Virus record (IMG/VR): IMGVR_UViG_3300031760_000003
Coordinates: 101,480 to 165,479 of that record
DNA: 64,000 nucleotides
Reading direction: 5' to 3' (one strand)
Origin: a virus
Taxonomy: Duplodnaviria; Caudoviricetes
This document shows, in pieces, positions 37,115 to 47,256 of the stretch (positions are counted from its first letter, which is position 1; each line of letters starts with the position of its first letter). The notes beneath the pieces were generated by a model. The model had not been told where the DNA came from and searched no databases. It saw only the letters and a program-made list of their open reading frames with translations. Position numbers and translations under genes: made by a program.

Positions 37115-39082
37115 ATGCAGAAGATAAAAGAACTTATAACAGAGTTAAATAATGCGAGTATGCTTTATTATAATGGTGAGGAGTCACCGCTATCTGATAG
37201 AGAATACGATTCAAAATTGGACGAATTAAAGAAACTTGAGAAAGAAACTGGGTTTATTTATAGTAATTCACCTACTGTTAATGTCGGAGCAGCTCCAATT
37301 CTGAAAGGTATTGATACAATAGAAATTACAGATAAGCCAATGCTTAGTCTTGATAAAGTCCATGCCGCAGATGAAATAGTTAAATTTTCTGATGGTTATG
37401 ATTTAATCGCCTCTATTAAGTGTGATGGACTTTCAGTTCGTATAATTTATAAGGATGGTAAACTCGTTTCCGCCAATACAAGAGGAAATGGTATAGTTGG
37501 TTCTGATATTACTAATCATATTAAACATTTCTTAAATGTGCCTAATCAGATAAATAAAAAAGGCACTTATATTATAGACGGAGAAGCTATAATTTATGAT
37601 GATGATTTTAAAAAGATAAATATTGATAATGAGTTTAAAAACAATAGAAATACAGCAAGTGGTTCGTTAGCATTGTTAGATATGTCTATTGTAGAGTCAA
37701 GACGTCTTAGTTTTATCGCTTGGGATGTTATTAAGGGCGGCAAGGCAGACTTTTATCATTATAATCTTGAAGAGGCGGCAGACCTTGGTTTCACAGTGGT
37801 TCCCGCACTTGCTCTTGACTGTACTAAAGTTGAAGAGATAGAAGTTGACGAGATAAATAAAATTCTTCTTCAGGAGGCTGAAGAAAAAGGTATACCATGT
37901 GATGGAGTGGTATGGAAAATTAACGATATTAAAGCGGGAGAGGCAAAGGGCAGAACAGCTCATCATTGGTGTAATGCTATTGCTTGGAAACCTGGAAGAG
38001 AAGAGTATCCTACTACTCTTGTTGATATTGATTATGATATATCTCGTAATGGTATCTTAACACCTGTGGCAATATTTACGCCGGTTGAAATAGATGGTTC
38101 TACTGTTAGTCGTGCGAGTCTTCATAACTTATCAGTTATGGAAAATGTATTAGGAAACTCTCCTAAAAAGGGACAGGTGGTATATGTTTACAAGAGTAAC
38201 ATGATTATACCTCAGATATCTTATTCGGATGATATGGAATCTGGTGAAGATATTGAAAATGCTATTCCTAAGATATGTCCAGTATGCGGCAAGGAGCTTG
38301 AAATATCTATATCAGATACTGGTGTTAAGGTGTTAAAATGTGTTAATGAATTATGTACTTGTAGAGTCATAAATAAAATTGACCATTTTGTATCTAAAAA
38401 AGCACTCGATATAAAGGGATTATCAAGAGCTACTCTTGAAAAGTTCGAATCTGCTGGTTTTATATCTAAATTAGAAGATATTTTCACTCTTAAAGATAAT
38501 GAAAAAGGTTTAATTAACTTGCCTGGTTTCGGAGAGAGATCTGTAGGTAAAATTCTTGATGCTATTGAAACGAGTAAGAATACAACCTTAGATAGAGTGT
38601 TATGCGGCATAGGCATTCCGCTAATCGGAGCAACCGCCGCAACAACAATTTCAAAGAAATTTAATGGTGATTATAATAAATTTAGAGAGTTTGTAAAAGA
38701 TTCTAATTCCACCTTTGAAACTATTGAAGGTTTTGGTTATGAAATGAATTATAGTTTAAAACATTTTAACTATGATGAATTGGATACTATTGTTAATAAA
38801 TATCTTAATTTGGATATAACAGATGATAAAAATAATGAAGATAATGGTGATAGTGTTAAAGGTATTACTTTTGTAATTACCGGTAAATTATCTCAATCTC
38901 GGGATAAGATAAAATCACTCATTGAAAAAAATGGCGGCAAGGTAACTGGCTCAGTATCGTCTAAAACGAATTATTTAGTATGTAATACGCCTGAAGATAC
39001 TACAAAATATAAAACCGCTATGAGCCTTAACATTCCAATTATAAATGAAGAAAAATTATTTGAAATGTTAAAAAATTTTTGA
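37115..39082 (+). CDS. ligA: NAD-dependent DNA ligase
   Basis: MLSLDK, KCDGLS, TRGNG, Zn finger CPVC, C-terminal BRCT. Confidence 0.95.
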   Translation: MQKIKELITELNNASMLYYNGEESPLSDREYDSKLDELKKLEKETGFIYSNSPTVNVGAAPILKGIDTIEITDKPMLSLDKVHAADEIVKFSDGYDLIASIKCDGLSVRIIYKDGKLVSANTRGNGIVGSDITNHIKHFLNVPNQINKKGTYIIDGEAIIYDDDFKKINIDNEFKNNRNTASGSLALLDMSIVESRRLSFIAWDVIKGGKADFYHYNLEEAADLGFTVVPALALDCTKVEEIEVDEINKILLQEAEEKGIPCDGVVWKINDIKAGEAKGRTAHHWCNAIAWKPGREEYPTTLVDIDYDISRNGILTPVAIFTPVEIDGSTVSRASLHNLSVMENVLGNSPKKGQVVYVYKSNMIIPQISYSDDMESGEDIENAIPKICPVCGKELEISISDTGVKVLKCVNELCTCRVINKIDHFVSKKALDIKGLSRATLEKFESAGFISKLEDIFTLKDNEKGLINLPGFGERSVGKILDAIETSKNTTLDRVLCGIGIPLIGATAATTISKKFNGDYNKFREFVKDSNSTFETIEGFGYEMNYSLKHFNYDELDTIVNKYLNLDITDDKNNEDNGDSVKGITFVITGKLSQSRDKIKSLIEKNGGKVTGSVSSKTNYLVCNTPEDTTKYKTAMSLNIPIINEEKLFEMLKNF

Positions 39083-39192
39083 TATAATAAATATATAAAA
39101 GAGAATTATTTAAAATAAAAAAATGATTAATAATTCTTTTAAATATAGTTTATATAAATAAATAATTAAAAAATTCTTAAAGGAGAAAAAAA

Positions 39193-39522
39193 ATGGCAAA
39201 GAAAGCATTAACAGAAAAGTCACTCAAGGTACTTGAGTTCTTAAAGGAGCATGATGGAGAGAACCTTACAGCAGCAGATATCGCTATCGGTATGGGTTTT
39301 GCAGATAAGGATGACGAGGCTTCAATGAAAGCTGGTACACAGTCTATTAACGGTACAGTTACAGGTGGACTTCAGAAGAAAGGTTACACACGTAGAGTTC
39401 CTGCAACAGCTACACTTGAAGATGGTACAACTAAGCCAGTTAAGATTATCGAGCTTACTGACGAGGGAAGAGCTTATGATCATCAGGCAGCAGTTGCTGA
39501 GGATGCAGCATCCGCTGAATAA
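39193..39522 (+). CDS. Winged-helix DNA-binding protein
   Basis: LTAADIA...GLQKKGY...LTDEG pattern. Confidence 0.6.
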   Translation: MAKKALTEKSLKVLEFLKEHDGENLTAADIAIGMGFADKDDEASMKAGTQSINGTVTGGLQKKGYTRRVPATATLEDGTTKPVKIIELTDEGRAYDHQAAVAEDAASAE

Positions 39523-39606
39523 TATTAAGTAGGTTTTAGGTTATTTCTAAAAAGTTTAAAGGGCTAGAGTAATAACATCTAGCCCTTTCTTTTTAAGAGG
39601 ACTATA

Positions 39607-40563
39607 ATGGTAGTTTTAGTTTTAACCCTCGTAATTATCGTATTGATAATATTACTGGTTCACAATAATTACCGCAAGGTAAAAATTGAAACAGTAAATA
39701 ATGAAATAATACAAAAGAATGAAGAACTTTATAGCCATTTTGAAAAATTAAATCAAGAGAAAAATGGCGTTATACAAGATATAAATAAATTAAAGAGTGA
39801 AGAAAATGAAATCCTTACTCATATTGACAGTTTAAGTCAATCCGCAACGAAAATTTATGAAGATAAAGTGGCTGCGGCAGAACAAGCTTTTTCTAATTAT
39901 AAGGATAATCTCCAGAATAAATATGATTCTGTTAAGGATGAATATGAAAACTTGGAGTTATTATTAAAAAATGCTTATGATAATAAGCAAATGGACTTAA
40001 TAAAAGAAAAAGAAGGTATCGAAAAAGATATACAGAAAATAAAATCAAGTAGGGAAGCGTTTATAAAATCTCAGTTAAGAGAAAAAGAGATTAGGGAGAA
40101 ACAAGATTTTTACTGTTTACAGGTATCTGATGAAGATAAATCTGATATCGCAAAACTTGAAAATCTGAAGAAATCTTTTAACAAACCTCGTGTAATAAGT
40201 ATGTTAATTTGGCAAACTTATTTTCAGAAAAACTTAAAGGCAAAGGCGGCAAATATACTTGGTCCCAAAACGGTAACAGGTATTTATAAAATAACAAATA
40301 TAGATACCGGAGAATGCTATATCGGGCAAGCTGTCGATGTAGCCACTCGCTGGTCCGAGCATGCCAAGTGCGGTTTAGGTATCGATACGCCCGCCGCAAA
40401 TAAGTTATATAAAGCTATGCAAGAATATGGCTTAACTTCTTTCTCTTGGGAATTGTTAGAGGAATGCCCGCAACCGCAATTAAATGAGAAAGAAAAATAT
40501 TATATTTCTCTTTATGATTCTTGTAACTTTGGTTACAATACATCAAAAGGAATAGGAAAATAA
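39607..40563 (+). CDS. Membrane-anchored coiled-coil protein with C-terminal GIY-YIG nuclease domain
   Basis: N-terminal TM; coiled coil; GIYKITN...CYIGQA...RWSEH...EKYYI...GYN. Confidence 0.8.
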   Translation: MVVLVLTLVIIVLIILLVHNNYRKVKIETVNNEIIQKNEELYSHFEKLNQEKNGVIQDINKLKSEENEILTHIDSLSQSATKIYEDKVAAAEQAFSNYKDNLQNKYDSVKDEYENLELLLKNAYDNKQMDLIKEKEGIEKDIQKIKSSREAFIKSQLREKEIREKQDFYCLQVSDEDKSDIAKLENLKKSFNKPRVISMLIWQTYFQKNLKAKAANILGPKTVTGIYKITNIDTGECYIGQAVDVATRWSEHAKCGLGIDTPAANKLYKAMQEYGLTSFSWELLEECPQPQLNEKEKYYISLYDSCNFGYNTSKGIGK

Positions 40564-40597
40564 AAATAAGAATAAATAAAAGGAGCTTTTATATAAG

Positions 40598-41212
40598 ATG
40601 GATTATAGAGAAATAATGAAAAATTTTGAAAATGAATGTTTTAAAACGGAAAACACTTTTACTGCTATTGTAGACTTTAAGAGTAGTGCAAGAAGAAATA
40701 TCTATGTGGACGACATCGAAGAGGGTACCGGAGAAGGTGTTGAAGCTATGATAAGGTTTTACAATATAGAGGATGATGAAGCTGGCATTCCTATTGAAGA
40801 TAGAGACCCGATTAAGGTTTATATTAACTCTAATGGAGGTCTTTTATCTGAAACTTTCATAATGATAGATGCTATTAATATGTCAAAAACTCCTGTTTAT
40901 ACCATTTGTACGGGCACTGCATATTCTGGAGGATTCTTTACTTTTATTTGCGGACATAAGCGATTTGCATATCCTCATTCATCATTCCTTTTTCATGAGG
41001 GGTCAACTTCAACAGGTGGAACCGCAGGACAGTTTGCTAACTATGCTTCTTTTTATAAGCAGGAGTTAGGAAAGTTAAAGGATTTGGTAATTGAGAAAAC
41101 CGGAATCGATGAAGCTAAATACAATGAGATTCAGAAAGATGATTTCTGGATGGATGCGAAATTGGCAAAAGAACTTAATGTAGTTGACGTTATTACACAG
41201 GAGTTTATTTAA
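40598..41212 (+). CDS. clpP: ClpP-like serine protease
   Basis: YINSNGG, AYSGG (Ser), FLFHE (His), DFWMDA. Confidence 0.85.
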   Translation: MDYREIMKNFENECFKTENTFTAIVDFKSSARRNIYVDDIEEGTGEGVEAMIRFYNIEDDEAGIPIEDRDPIKVYINSNGGLLSETFIMIDAINMSKTPVYTICTGTAYSGGFFTFICGHKRFAYPHSSFLFHEGSTSTGGTAGQFANYASFYKQELGKLKDLVIEKTGIDEAKYNEIQKDDFWMDAKLAKELNVVDVITQEFI

Positions 41213-41213
41213 A

Positions 41214-41891
41214 ATGAGATTTGAAAATACTGCGGTTTGGGGTTTTGAGCATGCCATTAGAGGTATGCGGAACCCTAAAGAAAGCTGGAATAAAATAGAT
41301 AGCGATTTTAACAATAATGTTATTGGACCTAATGACTTGAAACTTATGCAGACTCTTGTTAAAGCAGGACCTGAACATCGTAAGTTTATGCGTCAAATTT
41401 TCGTTTCTGTTGATATAACAGCACCGTTATATTGGTGGAAAGAATTTGATACCTATAAAGTAGGTACAGTAGCGAACAGTACCAGTACGATGCATAAATT
41501 AACTTCAAAGCCTATTACTTTAGATTGCTTTGAAACGGATGATTATAATGGCGATTTAATTGCGTATAACAGAGAACCTTATGATATTGACATGTCGGTA
41601 GATGAGTGTGTTAAAGATGAAATTATTGAGTTTTGTGAAACACTTAGGCAGAGATACCTTAAAACCAATGATAAAAGATATTGGAAAGAACTTGTAAGGT
41701 GGCTGCCGCAGGGGTGGTTACAGACTCGTACTGTAACTATGAATTATGAAAACTTACTTGCGATATGTTCAAAAGGACAGAGAAGATTTCATAAACTGAC
41801 AGAATGGTCTATAGCTTTTATAAACTGGGCAAGGACGCTCCCTTATGCACAGGAACTCATTTTTATTGATGAATTGAGTGAAAAAGAATAA
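41214..41891 (+). CDS. ThyX-like (flavin-dependent thymidylate synthase-related) protein
   Basis: HRKFMRQI, APLYWWKEFDTY, S.STMH, LPQGW, R.HKL.EW; the canonical RHR motif is absent; start corrected to ATG 41214. Confidence 0.6.
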   Translation: MRFENTAVWGFEHAIRGMRNPKESWNKIDSDFNNNVIGPNDLKLMQTLVKAGPEHRKFMRQIFVSVDITAPLYWWKEFDTYKVGTVANSTSTMHKLTSKPITLDCFETDDYNGDLIAYNREPYDIDMSVDECVKDEIIEFCETLRQRYLKTNDKRYWKELVRWLPQGWLQTRTVTMNYENLLAICSKGQRRFHKLTEWSIAFINWARTLPYAQELIFIDELSEKE

Positions 41892-41963
41892 ATTGATTTT
41901 TTATAAAAATAATGTTATAATAATTATATAAAATAAAATTAAATTAAAAAAAAGGAGTAAAAA

Positions 41964-42323
41964 ATGAGTAAAGAAAAGTTTATTAATGAAATTGAGGATT
42001 TTATTAAGCAGGGTTATGAGTTCTCGGCAGATGCTATAGAGTATTTCGAGGCAATTAAGAGTGATAAGTTTGATGCTCCAGCCGAAAAGAAAGGGCTTAC
42101 ACCAAAGAGCCGTGATTTGCTTATTGCTATGAGAGACAATCTGGAGCAGTTTGATAATATTTTCGCCACTAAGAAAATTAGTGAGGTTACAGGAATCCCG
42201 TCAAGATCCATTTCTGGTTCGATGCGTTCTCTTGTAACAAAAGGATATGTTGAAAAAGTTTCCGCAGAGCCTGTACTGTATGCACTTACAGAGAAGGGTA
42301 AGACTGAAACTGTGGAAGAGTAA
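41964..42323 (+). CDS. Winged-helix DNA-binding protein
   Basis: KISEVTGIPSRSISGSMRSLVTKGYVEK...YALTEKG. Confidence 0.7.
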   Translation: MSKEKFINEIEDFIKQGYEFSADAIEYFEAIKSDKFDAPAEKKGLTPKSRDLLIAMRDNLEQFDNIFATKKISEVTGIPSRSISGSMRSLVTKGYVEKVSAEPVLYALTEKGKTETVEE

Positions 42324-42401
42324 AAATTTGACATTCTAAGAAAATTTTGATATAATTATATTATAGTGAAAAAATAAAATAAATAAGGAGAAATATTTAT
42401 T

Positions 42402-43358
42402 ATGAGAAAAACAGTTAATAAAGAAACAGTTAGCGGTAGAGTTTATGAACATAAGCTTGTTGTTAAGCAGGTAAAGAACCAGAGTTCAGAGAATTTTGGC
42501 AAAGATTTTATTAGTGGTACTATTGATGTTGCTACTGATGAAGATTGTCTTAACATCGTAACAGTTCATTTCACTTATGTTACACCTACAACTAAATCAG
42601 GTTCTGCAAATACTACATTCGCAGCACTTAAGAAAATTATTGATTCAGGTAAGACTGTTGTAGCTGATGGTAAAGATGAAGCAACAATGGTTACAATTAA
42701 TACAGCTCTTGATCTTAATGATTTTTATACAGATAGAGATGGCAATGAGACACTTGTATCTGCAAAGAGAAATGAAGGCGGTTTTGTTACAATCGTTAAT
42801 AAGCTTGATGCTGATGAAACAAAGAGAAATACTTTCGAGTTTGACTTCCTTGTAAATGGTACTCGTCTTGTTGAGGCTGATGGTGAGAATGTTAAGGAAG
42901 ATTACCTTGTAGTTAAGGGTGGTATTTTTAACTTTAGAAATGCTATTCTTCCTGTTGAGCTTATCGTTAAGAGTGCCGGTGGTATCAAGTATTTCGAATC
43001 TCTTGAAGTTAGTCCTAAGAATCTTGTATTTACAAAGGTTTGGGGTAATATTAACTCTGAAACTATCGTAAGAACAGTTGAAGAGGAAACAGCTTTCGGT
43101 GAGCCTAGTGTAAAAGAGTATTCTCGTTCTATTAAGGAATGGGTTATCACTAAGGCAGCTAAGGAGCCTTATGAGATTGGTGACGAGGAAAACGGAATCA
43201 CAACAGAGGAAATCGAGAAAGCTCTTAGTGATAGAGAAGTTGCACTTGCAGAGACTAAGAAAAAGCAGGATGAGTGGAAGGCAGCACAGGCAGTAACTAA
43301 TCCTACAACAGCTCCCACAGGAGCAACTACAGCTGCGGCAGGTGGCTTCAACTTCTAA
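42402..43358 (+). CDS. Putative single-stranded DNA-binding protein
   Basis: Beta-rich, with a flexible tail ending GGFNF; precedes the Sak4-like ATPase. Confidence 0.5.
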   Translation: MRKTVNKETVSGRVYEHKLVVKQVKNQSSENFGKDFISGTIDVATDEDCLNIVTVHFTYVTPTTKSGSANTTFAALKKIIDSGKTVVADGKDEATMVTINTALDLNDFYTDRDGNETLVSAKRNEGGFVTIVNKLDADETKRNTFEFDFLVNGTRLVEADGENVKEDYLVVKGGIFNFRNAILPVELIVKSAGGIKYFESLEVSPKNLVFTKVWGNINSETIVRTVEEETAFGEPSVKEYSRSIKEWVITKAAKEPYEIGDEENGITTEEIEKALSDREVALAETKKKQDEWKAAQAVTNPTTAPTGATTAAAGGFNF

Positions 43359-43498
43359 TTAAAACATAAAAAATCTTTCATACCGATAAAGATATAGGGG
43401 AAACTGATGTTTTCCCTTATATTTTTCTTCGGGGTGTGTTCAATAGAAAAATGAAATTGAAAATGGGTTTTGAAAAATTTTGAAAGGATTTTTTGAAT

Positions 43499-44521
43499 AT
43501 GGCAAATTTTGATATTGATGATTTATTAAACCTGGAACCCTCTACAATTAGTAGAGATTTATCTGGATATATTACATATATATATGGACCGCCTAAGGTT
43601 GGTAAAACCACATTAGCAAGAGATATGAAATCACTTATTATTGCTTGTGAGGATGGTACTAGAGCATTAACAGGAGCTTATGTACAAAAGGCAAAGAGTT
43701 GGGCGGATATCCGCAACCTTATGAGATTTTGTAAGGATGAAAGAGTTAAAGAGAAGTTTAAAAGTTTTGCGATTGATACTGTAGACGTTGCCGCATCTTA
43801 TTGTGAGAAGTATGTGTGCAATCAGCTTGGTATTTCTACTCTCGGTGAAGGCGGATGGGCTAAGAATGGTTGGGCTACTTTTAAGAAAGAGTTTGAAGAA
43901 GTATTCCGTACTATAACAATGGAAGGCTATGCGGTTCTATTTATTAGCCATGATAAGACAGAAGAAGTAACAAGACCTGATGGTTCTAAGTATACTAGAA
44001 TTGTTGCTACTGCTAGTTCGTCAGTAAATAACATCATTAAGAATATGAGTGATATCATTACATATGGATACTTTGATCCTATCACTCAGGAAAGATATAT
44101 GATGCTTCGTTCATTAGACGGTATGGCGGATGTTGGTTGTCGTTTCCAGTATATTGAGCCTAAGATTCTTTTCGGCTATGATAACCTTGTAAAAGCACTT
44201 AATGATGCTATCGACAAGGAAGCAAGCATTAATTCTGGCAGTGTTGTTGATAAGAAAATTGAAAAGGTTAATAAGGAACTCGATTTTGACGAACTGATGA
44301 AAGAATTTAGTGATATTATCGCTAATATTCCAGGTTCTACAGATCCTAACCAGACAACTGAAGATGGTAAAAAGTTTGTATCTTATTGGCAGCCAAGAAT
44401 CGTTGAAATTACAACGAAGTATCTGGGTGCAGAAAAGAAGGTATCTCAGTGTACTAGAAACCAGGTTGAGCAGTTAAGCTTGATAGTGGATGAGTTAAAA
44501 GAGATAACAAAGATAAAATAA
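43499..44521 (+). CDS. AAA_24 / Sak4-like recombination ATPase
   Basis: YGPPKVGKTT, AIDTVD, FISH. Confidence 0.8.
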   Translation: MANFDIDDLLNLEPSTISRDLSGYITYIYGPPKVGKTTLARDMKSLIIACEDGTRALTGAYVQKAKSWADIRNLMRFCKDERVKEKFKSFAIDTVDVAASYCEKYVCNQLGISTLGEGGWAKNGWATFKKEFEEVFRTITMEGYAVLFISHDKTEEVTRPDGSKYTRIVATASSSVNNIIKNMSDIITYGYFDPITQERYMMLRSLDGMADVGCRFQYIEPKILFGYDNLVKALNDAIDKEASINSGSVVDKKIEKVNKELDFDELMKEFSDIIANIPGSTDPNQTTEDGKKFVSYWQPRIVEITTKYLGAEKKVSQCTRNQVEQLSLIVDELKEITKIK

Positions 44522-44622
44522 TAAAGTATAAAAAAGAATAGGGAGACAATAGTCTCCCTTATTTTTTGATTTTTTATAAAAAATATGTTATAATTATATT
44601 ATAAAATAAAGGAGTGTAATTT

Positions 44623-45174
44623 ATGGCTAAACATATAATTAAATGTGCCGTTTGTGGTGAATCGTTTGACACAAATGAAATTCAAGCGGTACGTTATGGC
44701 GTTCGCCGTTATGCTCACTATGACTGTTATCCGCAGGGTGAATTAGTACCAATAATAGAGAGTAAAAGAAGTAAAAAAGAAGAGACTAAAGAAACAAAAG
44801 AAAAAGATCCAGATTTAAAAGCTCTTATGGATTATATTAACCAATTATTTGGCGATAAATGTAATTGGGCAATGACTCAGAAATATATTAAAAAGTTTAA
44901 GGAAGAGGATAATTATAGTTACTCGGGAATCCTTAAATCTTTAATATATTTTTATGAGGTTAAACACAACCCGATAGATAAGGCAAAAGGGTCAATAGGA
45001 ATTGTACCTTTTGTTTACCAGGATGCTTATAATTATTATTATTCTGTTTACATGGCTCAACAGAATATGCAAAATGGAACTGTTAATAAAGATAATGTAG
45101 TTGAAAAAACTATAAAGATACCTAAATCTAAAGGTATTTTTAAAAGATTATTTAAAATAGGAGTAGATGAATAA
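44623..45174 (+). CDS. Zn-binding replication protein (possible helicase loader/initiator)
   Basis: CAVC...HYDC; GIVPFVY; directly upstream of the helicase. Confidence 0.5.
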   Translation: MAKHIIKCAVCGESFDTNEIQAVRYGVRRYAHYDCYPQGELVPIIESKRSKKEETKETKEKDPDLKALMDYINQLFGDKCNWAMTQKYIKKFKEEDNYSYSGILKSLIYFYEVKHNPIDKAKGSIGIVPFVYQDAYNYYYSVYMAQQNMQNGTVNKDNVVEKTIKIPKSKGIFKRLFKIGVDE

Positions 45175-46711
45175 TATGAAATCATCAAAATATATAGATA
45201 CGGCGGCGGTAGCTCAGATTATTGGCTGCATTTATAAAAATCCTAAATTACTTGATTTAACAGACAAATATCATTTTTTAGAGCAGGACTTTCCTAATAG
45301 TTTCCTTAGAAATATATTTGGTACTATTTCAAATATATATCAGTTAGGAGCTTCACAGATAACATTAAATGCTATTGAAGATTATTTAGCACAAAGACCG
45401 AAGGCAGAAGCCGAGTATAAGGTAAATAAAGGTGCTGAATATATTTTAAATTGTGCGGAAAATGCGAACCCTAACACTTTTAATTATTATTATAATAGAT
45501 TAAAGAAAATGACTTTATTTAGGGGATATGAAAGTTTAGGAATGAATCTAGACTGGTTATATGACCCTGATAATATTTTAGACAGTAAAAAGAAACAACA
45601 GCAAGAAGATTTTATAGATAACACTTCTCTGGCGGAAATAGCTAATCGAATTAACGATAAGATAGAAGCTATAAAAATGCAGTATGTAGAAGAGTTAGAA
45701 GATAATGGTTGTCAGATTGGTGATGGCGTAGAAGATTTGCTTGAAAGATTAAAGCAAACTCCATCGTTAGGATATCCGCTTTATGGCGATTATATCAATA
45801 CTGTAACTAGAGGAGCCCGCTTCGGTAAGTTTTTCTTAAGGTCTGCCGCAACAGGTATTGGAAAATCTCGTAGTATGATAGGAGATGCTTGTTTCATTGG
45901 TTGTTCTCAGATGTATGATTTGGAGCATAATAAGTGGATAACGATAGGCGCAGGTCAGCCAACACTTTATATTGCTACAGAGCAGGACCTTGAGGAATGT
46001 CAGACAATGTGTATTGCATTTATATCTGGTGTTGATGAAGAACATATCCTTAAAGGCGAATATTATGCGGGAGAGTGGGAGAGAGTTCAGAAAGCATCTC
46101 AGTTATTAAGACAGAGTAAGATATACTTTGAGTGTATCCCAGAATTTGACTTAAAAACTATTAAGACTATAATCCTTAAGCATATAAGAGAACATCAAAC
46201 ACAGTATGTTTTCTTTGATTACATTCATTCTTCTGCTTCTATCTTAATGGAAGTAGATGGTAAATCTGGAGTTAGTGGATTAAAAGAACATAACGTATTG
46301 TTCTTACTTTCATCCGCCTTAAAAGATATTGCTGTTCAGAATGATATATTTATTCTCTCTTCTACACAGTTAAATGCTCAGTATACAGAAACTGAAACTC
46401 CTGACCAGAACTTACTTAGAGGTTCTAAGGCTATTGCCGATAGAATTGACGTAGGTATGATATTAATGGAAGTAACTAAAGAAGATAAAGAGAAATTGGC
46501 TCCATTTATTAAAAAGAATAATTTTACAATGCCCAATATAAAATTAAGTATCTATAAAAACAGACAGGGTAGATATAAGGGAATATATTTATGGATGAAT
46601 GCGGATAGGAGTATCTGTAGATTTAATCCAATATTTGCTACAGATTGGAATTATGGTATTGTAGAAATGGAGAATTTAAAAATTAAAGTTGAGGAAGAGG
46701 GGGCATTTTAA
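45167..46711 (+). CDS. dnaB: DnaB-like replicative helicase
   Basis: AATGIGKS, FFDYIH, STQLN, LRGSKAIADRID, KNRQG. Confidence 0.88.
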   Translation: MNNMKSSKYIDTAAVAQIIGCIYKNPKLLDLTDKYHFLEQDFPNSFLRNIFGTISNIYQLGASQITLNAIEDYLAQRPKAEAEYKVNKGAEYILNCAENANPNTFNYYYNRLKKMTLFRGYESLGMNLDWLYDPDNILDSKKKQQQEDFIDNTSLAEIANRINDKIEAIKMQYVEELEDNGCQIGDGVEDLLERLKQTPSLGYPLYGDYINTVTRGARFGKFFLRSAATGIGKSRSMIGDACFIGCSQMYDLEHNKWITIGAGQPTLYIATEQDLEECQTMCIAFISGVDEEHILKGEYYAGEWERVQKASQLLRQSKIYFECIPEFDLKTIKTIILKHIREHQTQYVFFDYIHSSASILMEVDGKSGVSGLKEHNVLFLLSSALKDIAVQNDIFILSSTQLNAQYTETETPDQNLLRGSKAIADRIDVGMILMEVTKEDKEKLAPFIKKNNFTMPNIKLSIYKNRQGRYKGIYLWMNADRSICRFNPIFATDWNYGIVEMENLKIKVEEEGAF

Positions 46712-46716
46712 TAAAT

Positions 46717-46851
46717 ATGGATAAAGAAACCTGTATTGAATATCTTCGAATTCTCCAAGGTATGATAGAATGGGATTATAGTATGGATTTCTGTGTAGCA
46801 CTTGATTACGCAATAGACTATTTAACTAAGGAGAAAACTGATGAAAATTGA
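46717..46851 (+). CDS. Small hypothetical protein (44 aa)
   Basis: ORF read manually; overlaps the next small ORF. Confidence 0.45.
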   Translation: MDKETCIEYLRILQGMIEWDYSMDFCVALDYAIDYLTKEKTDEN

Positions 46852-47011
46852 ATTAACGTTACCCGATTCCTTAATTCACTCTTTTAACTATGATAAGTTT
46901 GATGATTTAATGACAACTTTAGAGCAAGATGCATTTCTTGCGGATGATAGTTATGAAAGTATAATGATAAGACAGTTAAAAGATAGTTTTCAAAAGGCGG
47001 TTATATTATAA
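46841..47011 (+). CDS. Small hypothetical protein (56 aa)
   Basis: RBS aaggag; ORF read manually. Confidence 0.55.
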   Translation: MKIELTLPDSLIHSFNYDKFDDLMTTLEQDAFLADDSYESIMIRQLKDSFQKAVIL

Positions 47012-47028
47012 AGAAAGGAAAAATATAA

Positions 47029-47256
47029 ATGGATAGAGATTGTGCAGTAGAAAGACTTAAATGTCTTAAAAAAAATAATCAGCTTTTTTCTGATATATGT
47101 AATTTTGCAATAAAAAATATTGTATCTTGGGAAAATTTTCAAGAGACAATAAAGATAATGCTTTCTCAATGTGAAAGAGATTCCGCAGAATATAAAACAT
47201 ATAGTACAGTTTTAGAAGTTATAGATTATTTTATGGAAGAAATGGATAATATTTAA
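47029..47256 (+). CDS. Hypothetical protein
   Basis: RBS aaagga; coupled to the primase start. Confidence 0.55.
   Translation: MDRDCAVERLKCLKKNNQLFSDICNFAIKNIVSWENFQETIKIMLSQCERDSAEYKTYSTVLEVIDYFMEEMDNI

Noticed and set aside
43440-43497. ttgaaa repeats as replication iterons
   Set aside because: Short, irregular and expected in AT-rich DNA; no independent support
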